Assembly: GCF_009914755.1 (NCBI RefSeq)
Contig: NC_060930.1
Reading direction: 5' to 3' (one strand)
Origin: the human T2T-CHM13v2.0 reference genome, Homo sapiens
DNA length: 64,000 nucleotides
Shown: in pieces, positions 1 to 12,743 of the stretch
Layout of the letters: every line of letters begins with the position of its first letter
Position numbering within the stretch: position 1 is the first letter of the stretch
The notes under the pieces: model-generated
The model's input: the letters and a program-made list of their open reading frames with translations, nothing else
The model's database searches: none
What the model was told of the DNA's origin: nothing
Program-made: the position numbers and the translations under genes

Positions 1-331
1 TTACCTGTTCTTTTTCACAGTGTCGTATTTTCTTATGGCTCATATATAGTCCTTTATGCCTTTAATCATGATAAATCATGTATATTATACTTTCTTTAAG
101 ATTGTTATTCTGTTATGTCAAGTTCTTGGGCTGAAAACCACGTGGTTTATTGTGTCTGCTAACTCTACCTCATGGGGGACTGTTTATTTCCTTGTCCGTT
201 CTAATATTTTATTATGGGTTTTGTTTTTCTAAGGAAATCCTTTGTAGCCTGGATTGGTGAAAAGTCCTTTTAGAGTGGCTTTGCATCTGCTTCTGCCATA
301 CACCCCTGAGGTATCACCCCTAGAGCCTGTT

Positions 332-1463
332 TGTTTTAATTTCCAACTTTTAAGTTCAAGGGTACATGTGCTGGATGTTCAGGTTTGTTACATGGGTAAA
401 TGTGTGCCATGGTGGTTTGCTGCAAAGATCATCCTGTTACCCAGGTATTAAGCCCAGCATCCATTATTCTTCCTGATCCTCTCCCTCCTCCCATCCCCCA
501 CCTTCCAACAGGCCCCAGTGTGTGTTGTTTCCCTCTGTGTCCATATATTCTCATCACTTAGCTCCCACTTAGAAGTGAGAACATACAGTGTTTGGTTTTC
601 TGTTCCTGTGTTAGTTTGCGAAGGATAATGGCCTCCAACTCCATCCATGTCCCTGCAAAGGACATGATCTCATTCCTTTTTATGGCTGCATAGTATTTCA
701 TGGTGTATATGTACCACATTTTCTTTATCCAGCTTATCATTGATGGGCATTTAGCTTGATTCCATGTCTTTGCTGTTGTGAATAGTGCTGCAGTGAACAC
801 ACATGTGCATGTGTCTTTATAACAGAATGATTTATATTTCTTTGGGTATATACCCAGTAATGGGATTGCTAAGTTGAATGGTATTTCTGCCTCTAGGTCT
901 TTGAGGAATTGCCACACTGTCTTCCACAGTGGTTGAACTAATTTACACTCTCACCAACAGTGTAAAAGTGTTGCTTTTTCTCCACAGCCGTGCCAGCATC
1001 TGTTGTTTTTTGACTTATTAATAATAGCCATTCTGACTGGTGTGAGATGGTATCTCATTGTGGTTTTGATTTCCATTTCTCTAATGATCAGTGATGTTGA
1101 GCTTTTTTTCATGTTTGTTGGCCACATGTATATCTTCTTTTGAGAAGTGTCTGTTCATGTCCTTTGCCCACTTTTTAATGTTTTTTTCTTGTAAATTTGT
1201 TTAAGTTCCTTATAGATGCTGGATATTAGACCTTTGTCAGATGCATAGATTGCAAAAATTTCTCCCTTTCTGTAGATTATCTGTTCACTCTGATGATAGT
1301 TTCTTTTGCTGCGCAGAGCTCTTTAGTTTAATTGGATCCCATTTGTCAATTTTTGCTTTTATTGCAATTGCTTTTGGGATCTTCGTCATGAAATCTTTGC
1401 CCGTGCCTATGTCCTGAATGATATTTCCTAGGTTTTCTTATAGGGTGTTTATAGTTTTAGGTA
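332..1463 (-). mobile_element. 5'-truncated older L1PA (L1PA8-16 type): 3' end and ORF2 C-terminus
   Basis: ORF 558..917 translates to L1 ORF2 C-terminus (MWQFLKDLEAEIPF...HCMFSLLSGS); typical L1PA 3'UTR. Confidence 0.9.
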
Positions 1464-1909
1464 GAACCAGTTTTTATCTTAATTTCTCAGCTTATGGTTT
1501 TCCTCATCATGTGATTAGGATAAATTCAACTATTCAACTCCTTGCACAGGCCTGAGGTTTCAATTTCTCTTGAAAACTTTTCTTTGTACTCAGAGCTATA
1601 AGCAGAGATAAGCGTCCTTGTGCTGGTGGATGTAGAATTTTTAGGTCCATTTTTCACTGAGGTTGTAGCCCTCTCCCTCTTTGCTGTAGGTGTCCTTAGT
1701 CCCAATCCTTTCTCCCCAGTACCAGGTCTTATCTTGTGCTTTAGGCCTCTATCCATTACTATCTCTATCCATTACTCTATCCTTGGAGTTAGTGTAACTA
1801 AACTCCAAGGGCTACTACAGTGTAGGTTCCTGTCTACCTGTCTGGCTCTAGGCTCCCTCCCTCTGGGCTTTTGTATCTGGAAAATGTTTTCTTCTTCGAC
1901 ATTCAGTCA

Positions 1910-2010
1910 TACACACACACACACATACACACACATACTTATATACCATATACACACGTATGTACTCGCATATATACAAACACATATATACACATACATG
2001 TATATATATG
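1910..2010. repeat. (CA)n/(TACA)n degenerate microsatellite
   Basis: Direct inspection. Confidence 0.85.
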
Positions 2011-2305
2011 GAAGGATCTCTAGGGATCTATGTATGATTGTATTTTGTATCTTTAGATGTCACCATGTTATTGGAAAAATCTAAAAACAGGAATGTAATC
2101 TAGTGCAGTCTAAAAAACGTACATTCTGATTTTTAGAACCATGTGAGTTTAAGTGTGTGATACTAAAAGGTACTTTCCTAAGGGTACTTCATCTTGATGA
2201 CCAGAGAACCATCATAATGGATTCACCTTTCATCTGGGCTTTTTCTGCATAAGCACATCATTTGGATTCTTTTGAATTTATCAGAAGACTTCCCTTTATA
2301 GCACT

Positions 2306-2665
2306 TGTCTTAATCCATTCAGGCTGCTGTAACAAGATACCTTAGACTAGGTAATTTATAAACAACAGAAATGTATTGCTCACAGTTCTGGTGGCTGAGA
2401 AGTCCAAGATCAAGGTGCCAGCAGATTCAATGTCTGATGAGGGCTAGCTCTCTTCTTCAAAGATGGTGCCTTTTCACTGTGTCCTCACATTGTAAAAGGG
2501 GGAAAAACTTTCCTCAGGCCTTTCATAAATGCACTAATCCCATTCACAAGGGCTCTGCCCTCATGACCTAGTTACTTTCTAAAGGCTCCACCTCATAATA
2601 CCAACATGTTGGGAATATTTCAACATATGAATTTTGGAGGGTCACAAAATATTCAGACCATAGCA
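2306..2665 (-). mobile_element. MaLR LTR, MLT1A-type
   Basis: tgtcttaatccattcaggctgc...gaagtccaagatcaaggtgccagcagatt...attcagaccatagca. Confidence 0.85.
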
Positions 2666-4321
2666 GCATACAAATTAAGAAATTATCTTACCATTGTCTA
2701 AGCCTCATCTAATCACAGTAGTCAAAATAATGAAATTTTCAAGCTAGAAGAAACTTTAGAAATTAAATATTCTAACCTAAGGAAATACTTCAAGAAAGGT
2801 GAAGACTTGCTTGATATAACACAGCTAGTTAGCAGCAGTATCAAGAGTCTCTTATTTCTTCCTACTGTCCTGCCTCTATATAATGTCACTTAATTGTATA
2901 TTTTTAAAACTGTTGGATTTGTGTTATAACCTTTGTGGCTTCTAGGCTTGCTGTCTCTGAGCTAGGTAATTTAAAAGAAACAGCTATTTACATAGTGTTT
3001 ATTTCATCCTTAGTAAAACAAAACCTGTAACTGAGGACATTCTCATGGCTCCTTCCATTAGAGTTGTGCTCCCATCACTTTCTCTTTGCCCAAAAGGAAA
3101 TCTCTGGCTCATATTTCAGTCTCTACAGTACCTCTTCTCACCTTGATTTTACTCTTTCAACTATTGTTTTTATTATGCACTTTCTACTCCATGTCCTATA
3201 AAAACTATGGTTTAAATCATTTTTGTAAAAATACTAACCCCTATCTTTGGTAGAAATAGTCTCACATCATCCTTCCTTCCTTCTCTCATTAACTGAAAAA
3301 TGTCTCCATGATACTATGAATTGTGGTTCCATATACTGACTCTAAAAAAGACTGCGGGGAGTTGCTACAAAGAAAGGACAATGAGAAAGATTGAGGTTTA
3401 ATATCCTAGGACTCAGATATCTTCTAATAATAATTGAACCTTCAATTATTATTGTATTCATTCAATTCAACTATTTTATGGTTCTCAGTTCTCCAAGGCC
3501 AAGAAGATTTCCAGGTTGGCATCCTTTAATCAGGAATAGGGACTACCACATGCAGTGCAATGAACAGCCATGTCGAGAAAAGAACAAATTGTGTCCAAAT
3601 TTAAATAACAAAATGAGATACAGTGGTCCATCTAAATTCCAAAGGTATTTTTAATGCCAGAAAAAACTTCAGTAACAAATGATGAAATAATTTTTTAGAA
3701 AAATTATATGGAAATAGCTTTTTAAATTTATATTCAACAAAAATTTATTGAGCCCTTTTTACTTAGCCACTGGGGCTGTAGACATGGCCCTTATCCTCAT
3801 GGAGCATACAGTCTGCTGGGAAAACCAGACATTATACAAGCAGAGAAAGTACAGACACTGTTAGGAAGAATAGAGGACATTGTGGGGACATATAGCTGGG
3901 AGCCTTAAATAAGAGGGGTCCCTGAGAAAATGATGTTTGATCTGACATCAAACCTTGAGAAATAATATTTTCTTGTACTGATAATTTTTATTGACACATA
4001 GTTGCAGTTTCTCATGTTATAGAACACACTTGGACCTTTATTTATTATATAGATCCACCCAGGAGTGATATTCAAAATATCCAATGACAAGTAAGGCAGA
4101 AGATAGGCCAGTTAGAATAGAAGCAAGCCACAGTGCTGTGTCAGGATCCTGGAAGCTGCCTTTTGTGCTGTGCATTAGCCTTTAATTGCCCAGTCATGGG
4201 GAAAGGCCTGGGCATCCTGTGAGAGGGTCTCCAGTGCAGAGGGACCACTGGGGAACCACTGTATCTCTACTGGTACTTTTCAAAAAAGCATAAATATGTC
4301 CAGTGTATTCCAAGGGACATA

Positions 4322-4540
4322 CTTTTTAGTTGACAAACAAATTGTATATATTTATGGCACACAACATGATATTTTGTTATATGTATACATTGTGGAATAC
4401 TAAATCAACTAATTAACACATCCATTACCTCAAATACTTATTTTTTGTGGTGAGAATATTTAAAATCTACTCTCTCAGCAATTTTCCAGTATATGATACA
4501 TTGCTATTAACTATAATCACCATGTTGCACATAGCTCTTC
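4322..4540 (-). mobile_element. L1MA-type 3' end fragment
   Basis: gtggtgagaatatttaaaatctactctctcagcaattttc motif. Confidence 0.7.
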
Positions 4541-4787
4541 TCTACTGGTACATACTGATTAGATATCAGTCCTATGCACACTTGGTTTCTCTATTGAAAT
4601 TCTCTAGTCTAGTCTTGAATAGTTTAGTCAAATTCGATCTCCCAAGTTTAAATCCCTTATTATTTCAGATAGCCATATTGTACAAAACTAATCACTAAGA
4701 AAAAGTTAAAATAGTCTGAGAAAATAAGTTGCTGGTTTTAAGAAAGCATTAAATTTTAATGTGTTGGAAACCATTTTTCCACACGGT

Positions 4788-4902
4788 TCTTTTTTTTTTT
4801 TGAGATGGAGTCCTGTGGTGCCCAGGCTGATCTCAAACTCCTGGACTCCAGTGATCCTCCCATGTAGCTGGAAGTACAGGCACATGGCACTGCACCCAGC
4901 CT
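4788..4902 (-). mobile_element. FLAM/Alu monomer
   Basis: Poly-T followed by Alu left-arm-like sequence. Confidence 0.75.
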
Positions 4903-5277
4903 CCATATAGTTATAAAGTGTGACAGCATTAAGAATGCTTGATTTATATTTCTTAAGAAATATAATCAAGTCATTTAAAGAATTTCAATAATCTCTAAAT
5001 GTAAGCAGTTCTAAGAATATATTGAATCTTTGGGTTATGATTTTATCTCATAAGTTCAGGCACCTCTTTCAATGTAAGAAAAAGTAAGACATTTTAGCAT
5101 AAGGTTAAATGTATTATTGAATCCACAAAGTATCAGCAATTGGCTAGTACAAAATGAATTATGTTACTGCTTAAGAATCAAACATAAATTTATCTCCACC
5201 AGAAAAGAACAATTACACTAATTGAGCTTGGAGGTACTGTTGTATTGTTAAGTAGAATGATCTATTTAAATGAGGTC

Positions 5278-5564
5278 TTTTGTTTTTGTTTTTTTTTTTT
5301 TGAGACGGAGTCTCGCTCTGTCGCCCAGGCTAGAGTGCAGTGGCGTGATCTTGGCTCACTGCAAGCTCCGCCTCCCAGATTGACGCCATTTTCCTGCCTT
5401 AGCCTCCCAAGTAGCCATCATGCCCGGCTAATTTTTTTGTATTTTTAGTAGAGATAGGGTTTCACTGTGTTACCCAGGATGGTCTCGATCTCCTGACCTC
5501 ATGATCCGCCCACCTCGGCCTCCCAAAGTGCTGGGATTACAGGCGTGAGCCACCACGCCCGGCC
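5278..5564 (-). mobile_element. AluY-like element with a small internal deletion
   Basis: caagctccgcctcc and cgccatt diagnostics; lacks tgggactacaggc; approximate TSD aatgaggtc/aatgaagtc. Confidence 0.9.
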
Positions 5565-6388
5565 AATGAAGTCATCATTTTTACACTAGCAAAATATGGT
5601 AAGCCTGGCTTCCTGGGACTAACCCAAGCTTTGCAAAATCTAAACATTTAATGCTTAAAAAATGCAATTCTTATACTTACTAAAAGATCTTATAACTAAG
5701 GCAGAAATGCTTACATGAATAACTGATTTGGACTAAACACTGTAAACCCGTGAGTTTGTTTATGCCCTATCCTGAGGTAAATTTGGACCTTCAGTCAATT
5801 CTAGTAGAAATTTGTTCACTTCTCCCTGGTTCTTCATTTGAACATGTCAAATAGTTACAAATATTTATATGATAACCTTTTATATTATAGCTGCATCAAA
5901 TACAAGCACTGTAAGAAAAGAAGGGGAAAATTGTTTTTCTTTAACAAATTATGATACAGAGTTTATGCTAAAAGGCAACTTGTGAATCTCTTTCATCCTC
6001 ATATGCCTTACACCTACAAAAGAGCATTGTTACTCATTTGATAAAAGCATTATCAAATGTGTATTTTCAGAATCATTTATGAACACTGCTCTAGTAAAAA
6101 TGTTAAGAGATGCATGTCACAGATATTCACATCTTAGCTCATTTATCTGCAAGTCAAAGACTAGTTTTAAGCAAAGGAGAATTACTTTGCTTAAGCAACT
6201 CCAAGTGACTGCCATTTCTAAAACCCAGGAGGGAAGTGACAAGTACTGGGACAAGCCAGAAGAAGAGTCATTTCCAGGCCTGCAAGAGCTTTTCTGGCAA
6301 CCTAAATATATTGACAGAGAAGTTGTTGGGTCTCCATATTTCTTCAGTAAGCTTCCATTTGGCAGGCATACTTTAATCAAGTAGATGA

Positions 6389-6961
<573 letters not shown>

Positions 6962-7239
6962 TCTCTCAGAATTTCTTTACTCATGATGTTGGAAAAAAAT
7001 AAACTTCCTTGTTGTGAGAATTAGGAATAAGCTATGCACATGGTCCGGCAGACAGTTAGCTCTCAGTAAAGAGTAACTCTTGGTTTTGTTTGTTTGTTAT
7101 GTGTTGTTTGTGTTGCTCTTGTGGTGGTTGTGGTGGTGATGATTATGGTTTTGCCCGTTCCTCATAAGAGGATCTTGTGTTTGCCTGTTCACAAGTAAAC
7201 AGTGCTATAGTAGCCTGGTCCTCTTCTCATGGCCTGCAC

Positions 7240-7360
7240 CAGTAGTTCTCCACAGTGGGTGATCTTGCCCCCTCGGGGACATATCCTACAATGCACAGAA
7301 CAGCCCTCCCCCGGTAAAGAATTATCCAGCCCAAATGGCAATAGTGCTGAGGTTAAGAAA
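7240..7360 (+). mobile_element. MER20 (hAT-Charlie) with internal deletion
   Basis: cagtagttctc...ggggacat / atcctacaatgcacag...aattatccagcccaaat...gaggttaagaaa. Confidence 0.75.
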
Positions 7361-8409
7361 TTTATTATGTTTATTTATGATAAACATAATAAACTCTAGA
7401 GGCAGGAAAACCTTAACAACCATCAGTATATTCATCACAAATTTGAAACTATACATGAAGAGAATGAAGGACCATTTTAGAAATAAGCATAAAATAAGTA
7501 TGGATAACTATTAAACAGGCTGCCTGGTCAATCAGCGTGGCTGGATGTGTTCATGATATATTCTTTTTTAACAGTACATTCATTCATGCTTCAGGTACAT
7601 ATAGCATGATGAAGTCAATGCTCAACACCACCAACCTGAAATAAATAGTTAACTTGCCGTAGACAAAGGGGCTTTCAGTAATACCCTAAATCTCCAATTC
7701 CACGAATTAAAAATCTTAATATGGGTGTGCTACATATCTAAAAGCTGATCAGACTGGACATTTAAGATGAATACACTTTCTACACTTTAATGTATAAAAA
7801 TGTTTATATATTTCAGTATATAAACATTTTATGAAAATAAATCTGTTATATAATCCAAACAGAACTGGGCTAAAGTTAGCTTTGCTTTGGAGATGACACC
7901 ATATAACTAACAGTATAAACCAATTTAGAGTGTGTGTGGACCCTTCTGCACATTTGAAATACCTCTGTACATTGAAATGACTAAACTGCCTTTTCAGATC
8001 ACACTTACTCAAGCCAGTCCTCTCAGCTCAACAACTTTTATTAGTGGACTATGAGTTTTAAAATAAAAAGCTCATGTGTATATATTTTTTAATTATCACA
8101 ACTAACTCAGAAAGTCCTGTTCTCTTTTCAACTCAAGCTAGTGAGGTCATCCAAGTCTAAGACGATTTGATTTCTCACTTGAGGAATGGCATTTTCAAAC
8201 CACTTCAAGAAACAAAGAGCTAACCTGGGGAATGTCTGAGGGTAGAAGGAAGTACAAATTGGGAAAAGGGGTAAAGTCTAGTAATAATCGGCATTCTACT
8301 CTCTCCCCCCAGTTTTTGAGCAATGTACATACAGTTTTATACTCAGGATATAAAAATGCCAAAAAATATATTTAATTGACAATAAAGTAATAATGTGGTT
8401 TTTATGCTA

Positions 8410-8415
8410 TTTATT
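8410..8415 (-). terminator. Candidate polyadenylation signal AATAAA
   Basis: tttatt on +; U-rich sequence follows on the minus strand. Confidence 0.5.
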
Positions 8416-8915
8416 TGAAATAGAATTTTAGAAAATTATGCACGTGTTTAATCCTGTAAATAGTAATGAGAGAGAGCATTTGAACCGCTGAGAACCTAAA
8501 CTTTCCACTTAACTTTTAATGTAGAAAGGATCGGTGCTATTGAAAAACTGTCTAACTATCCTACGAAAGTGAGACGATGGTCTTCAGGCCACAATCATGT
8601 AAGTGATGCCAACTGGGAGTAAAGAAAAATGCACTTAACATTATTAGAGATAATGTATTTTTTTAAAAAAGATTTGACAGCATAGGCAAGTCTGTGGGTG
8701 GTAAATCATGTTTGAAGGCAGAAGAGGCAACAGCAAAGATACCCAGATTCTGCTCTGTGCTTAGTTTAATAGGAAGTGAAGGGGAATTAAGGCTGAGTAT
8801 AAAAAGCATCTTGAGTTGAAGCTCTTTTTTTTTTCTGTGAACAAATAAACTTTATTCAGGTATAAAAAGCAAGTGCTTTTTCAAATACGTAAAATCTAAA
8901 AAGTGTAATACCCAA

Positions 8916-9293
8916 AGTATTAGTCCATTCTCACACTGCTATGAAGATATACCTGAGACTGAGTAATTTATAGAGGAAAGAGATTTAATTGACTCACAGT
9001 TTAGCATGGCTGGCGAGGCCTCAGGAAACTTACAGTCGTGGTGGAAGGGGAAGCAAACACATCCTTCTTCATATGGCAGCAGGAAGGAGAAAAATGAGAG
9101 CCAAGTGAAGGGGGACACCTCTTATAAAACCATCAGATCTCATGAGAACTTACTCAGTATCATGAGAATAGCATGGAGGAAACCAACCCCATGATTCAAT
9201 TACCTCTCACCAGGTCCCTCCCACAACACGTGGGGATTATGGGAACTACAATTCAAGATGAGATTTGGTTGGGGACGTAGCCAAACCATATTA
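8916..9293 (-). mobile_element. THE1 (THE1C/D) solo LTR in the putative 3'UTR, same orientation as METTL24
   Basis: gtattagtccattctcacactgctatgaag...gccaaaccatatta. Confidence 0.88.
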
Positions 9294-9419
9294 CTCATGG
9301 ACTTATAATGAAGTAATCATTAAAGGCCTTACTTCAGTGAGGAGAGCACAGACCGAAGGAGCCAGATGGAAACCAGAATATGTGAGTCAAGAAAATGGTG
9401 AAACATGCCAGTAGGAAAA

Positions 9420-9425
9420 TCTATC

Positions 9426-9458
<33 letters not shown>

Positions 9459-9488
9459 ATCTATCTATTTATCTACCTACCTACCTAC
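9420..9488. repeat. Compound (TCTA)n(CCTA)n STR
   Basis: Direct inspection. Confidence 0.92.
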
Positions 9489-9489
9489 A

Positions 9490-9790
9490 ATGGTTAATTT
9501 TATGTGTCAACTTAACTGGACTAAAGGGTGTCCAGATCTTTAGTTAAACATTATTCTAGGTGTATCTGTAAGGATATTTCCAGATGAAATTAATATTTAA
9601 ATCAGTAGACTAAATAAATCAGATTCTTCACCTCAGTGTAAGTGGACCTCATTCAACCAGTTGAAGGCCTGAATAGAACCTAAGGCAGTAAGGAAGAATT
9701 AATTCTCTGTCTGGCTGTCTTCAAGCTGGGACATGGGTCTTGGTGAGGTCAAGACCTTCAGACTTGGTCTCGAACTGGAACTTACACCTT
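9490..9790 (+). mobile_element. MLT2 (ERVL) LTR fragment
   Basis: atggttaattttatgtgtcaactt...gttgaaggcctgaatagaac. Confidence 0.75.
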
Positions 9791-10401
9791 CGTGTTGAAG
9801 CTCTTGATAGTCTAGTCTCTTTAACTCAGTGACAGAATTTGGTGCATCCGAGTTCCCAGAAATCAGAAGTATTGCTGCTTAGAAAGCCACAGCATGGCCT
9901 CAGCAAAGGCTGAGAAGGAATGACTGAAATCTACAAGGTTGTAAAGAATATCATTAACAAGGTAAATAAGAAAAACCTTGAAAAAGGAGGGTCAAATTCA
10001 AATTTAAAACCCTATTTTAAACAGTAGGGGAAGAACTTAAAAATCTCACCAACCTAGTAAAAATAGGAAATTTATATAATTTCATTTCAATGTTGGTGAA
10101 TTCATAGATTATAGATACATAGAGAATTTTAGGGAAAACTGTGATGAGCTGGGGATAATCTTCCAAGTTAAGGTGAAGGAAGAGTCTGGGCAAATAGGGG
10201 TGACTGTGTTTATCCCTTTAACAAGTATTGACTGTGCCCCATCACATGCCAAGCACTAGGCTGCATGCCCGCAATAACACACTCCCTGCCTCAAGCAGGG
10301 CACAGGCTAGCAGGAGACTGGATGAGTAAACTCATGATTAGAATTATGGACATGCTGCATTCTGCAAATATTTTCTTGTGCTCTTGATGACATCCTGCAT
10401 C

Positions 10402-10716
10402 CTATTTCCATCTTGTATTCACCCAACTCAGAGTATAACAGCTACTTGCATTGAAAATGTCTTTCTTCAAGAATAGCTGAGGTTTAGATAAGTCTTTGTA
10501 ACTGTGAAAAAGCCTGAAATCCTTTTGTTCTAACTCTTTGAGAAGGCTGTACCAGAACCGCACAACGCTGCTGTCACTGCCACTGACCTCAAACCCAGGC
10601 CAGTGGAGATGGATCTCAAAGATGAGCTGTCCAATCTGCTCAAGAACATCTTCCAGAATAAGATTTTCCAAAACTTTCCATTCTGCACTTTCCAGATCTG
10701 CCTTGAGAACGTCAAT
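10402..10716 (-). CDS. METTL24: METTL24 terminal coding exon (104 aa + TAG; [13 protein letters not shown]...[11 protein letters not shown])
   Basis: Acceptor ttgctttgttacAG|ATT at 10718/10717, phase 0, stop TAG at 10404-10402. Contains FkbM-like [12 protein letters not shown] and QLIFEIH motifs. Confidence 0.95.
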   Translation of the reverse strand: MDVLKADLESAEWKVLENLILEDVLEQIGQLIFEIHLHWPGFEVSGSDSSVVRFWYSLLKELEQKDFRLFHSYKDLSKPQLFLKKDIFNASSCYTLSWVNTRWK

Positions 10717-10904
10717 CTGTAACAAAGCAATGAAATGAGATTAGCAGATTTAGTAAAACTATCTTGATATCAGGAGTTTCACATTATAGCTACCTCTGAA
10801 GGAAACAGAATTTTTAAAATTTTAGAGCTGAGGGTGGTTTTCAAGTGGCCATTTGCATTTATGACATGAATTTCTAACCCCATTCCCTACTAAATGTTTT
10901 GGTT

Positions 10905-11025
10905 TTTTGTTCTTGTTTTTAAGAGATGGGGGTCTCGATATGTTGCCTAGGCTGGTATAAAACTCCTGGTTCAAGCAATCCTCCTGCCTCCGCCTCCTGA
11001 GTAGCTGGGACTACAGGCGTGAGCC
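10905..11025 (-). mobile_element. FLAM monomer
   Basis: Alu-monomer sequence with T-rich tail. Confidence 0.75.
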
Positions 11026-12323
11026 TGTTATGTTAATATATGTTAATATACAAATGATGAAATACCAGGCAAAAATCACAACAGACCCTCTTGCTTTCTG
11101 CCCAGTGGGAATGGATATCTGAGAAGGAGAAGTTAGAGTGAGTGTATCACAGACCTCTGTGTACCCCACAAACTATGCCACCCCAGGAAACTCTGCCAAG
11201 TCCTGACAGAAGGTGTCTATAGAAAGGAAGTGACAAAGGGCTACTGCCTGCAGGGACTATCTTGCAGGCCTCATCCCCCCAACCCCAACTTCATCGAGAC
11301 TGGACATCAATGAAAAAGTTATTGAGTATCTGAATATTGGACTATAAAAAAATAATATTATTATTCTATGATTTCTTTACAATGTATATACCAGTATAGC
11401 ATTCTTAAAAAAAAAAAAAGCAGTAACACCATCCTCTGCTTATTTAATGAACACAAGTTCACATTCAAGTGAGACAGAATAAAGGAAGAAGAGGATTGTA
11501 ATATCAATATTTTGCAAATTAATCAAGTTATGAGAATCAGCTCCTTTTCGCTGCCTGTGCAAAAAATCCGTTAGAACACCAGAACCCTAAACACAATGAA
11601 AGCTCATTTTTACCAAGTAGTTATATGTGCCTGACACCATGCTAAGGGCTTCCCCTTGCAATATCCATTTAATCCTCTCAATAATGCTGTAAGGGTGATT
11701 CTGTGAGTATCCCTAATTAAAGTTCAGGAAACCAGACTCAGTGAGGAACCCATTCCCAGTCACATGGCTAGAGAGGCAGTGATGAACTCTGAACAGAGTC
11801 TGTCTACAGAGCCTGTGTTCTTAACCCTTACCTAACATTGCCTCTTCCAATACACCCAAGAGGAAAAATGGGTAACTCAGAGTCTCAAAGAGGTTTGGAG
11901 TTTGGAAAATAAGGTGCTATCTGGAGAGCGAATATGGGTCAGTGAGTAAAGTATTATTATCAATATTGCCACTTTACATTTGCAGAGCACTTTTCAAGGG
12001 GGATAATTCTACCACATGGAGGAAAGCTGACAGCATTCAGACATAAACTGGAATAACGAGGCTGGAGGAAATCATTGCAAAAGAGCAAAGGCTGTAGCCC
12101 CAAGAGGGGACAGCAGAACCTTAAGCAGCCCTTCAGGAAGCTGCTGACTGAAGTCATGAATATCCTGCCCCATGAAAGTGAAAATACCTTTGCTTGTTTA
12201 GAAAAACAGATAAACAACAAGACGTATGCTACCCATTCTTTCCTTTCTCATTGCATGTCTGTTTGATAAGTTTCTCATATGAGGCTCAAACGTGAGGCTC
12301 CTTGTGCCACATCCAAACTATTC

Positions 12324-12743
12324 TGACGTAGTTTGGATGTTTGTCCCCTCCAAATATCATTTTGAAATATGATACTCAATGTTGGAAGTGGGGTCTGGTG
12401 AGAGGTGTTTGGGTCATAGGGGTGGATCCCTCATGAATGGTTTGGTGCTGTCCTCGAGATAGTGAGTGAGCTCTAGCTCTGAGTTCACGTAAGATCTGGC
12501 TGTTTAGAAAGAGTGTGGCACCTCTACCCCCCTCTCTCTTGTTCCCTCTCTTGCCATCTGATAGGCTGGCACCTCTTCGCCTTCCACCATGTTTGTAAGC
12601 TCCCTGAGGCCTCACCAGGAGCAGATACCGGCACCATGCTTCCTGTACAGCCTGCAGAACCATAAGCCAAGTAAGCCTCTTTGCTTTATAAATTACTCAG
12701 CCTTAGATATTTCTTTATAGCAACACAAGAACAGCCTAACACA
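12324..12743 (+). mobile_element. MSTB-type MaLR solo LTR
   Basis: tgacgtagtttggatgtttgtcccctccaaat...cctaacaca; TSD tattc/cattc. Confidence 0.88.

Larger units (their letters stand above)
8390..10401 (-). other. METTL24: Putative METTL24 3'UTR (~2 kb), largely TE-derived
   Basis: Lies downstream of the stop codon. Candidate minus-strand PAS hexamers at 8984 (ATTAAA), 8851 and 8410 (AATAAA). The end is inferred. Confidence 0.55.

Noticed and set aside
10530-10738. Overlapping alternative-frame and antisense ORFs at the terminal exon
   Set aside because: Short shadow ORFs with no homology or splice support.
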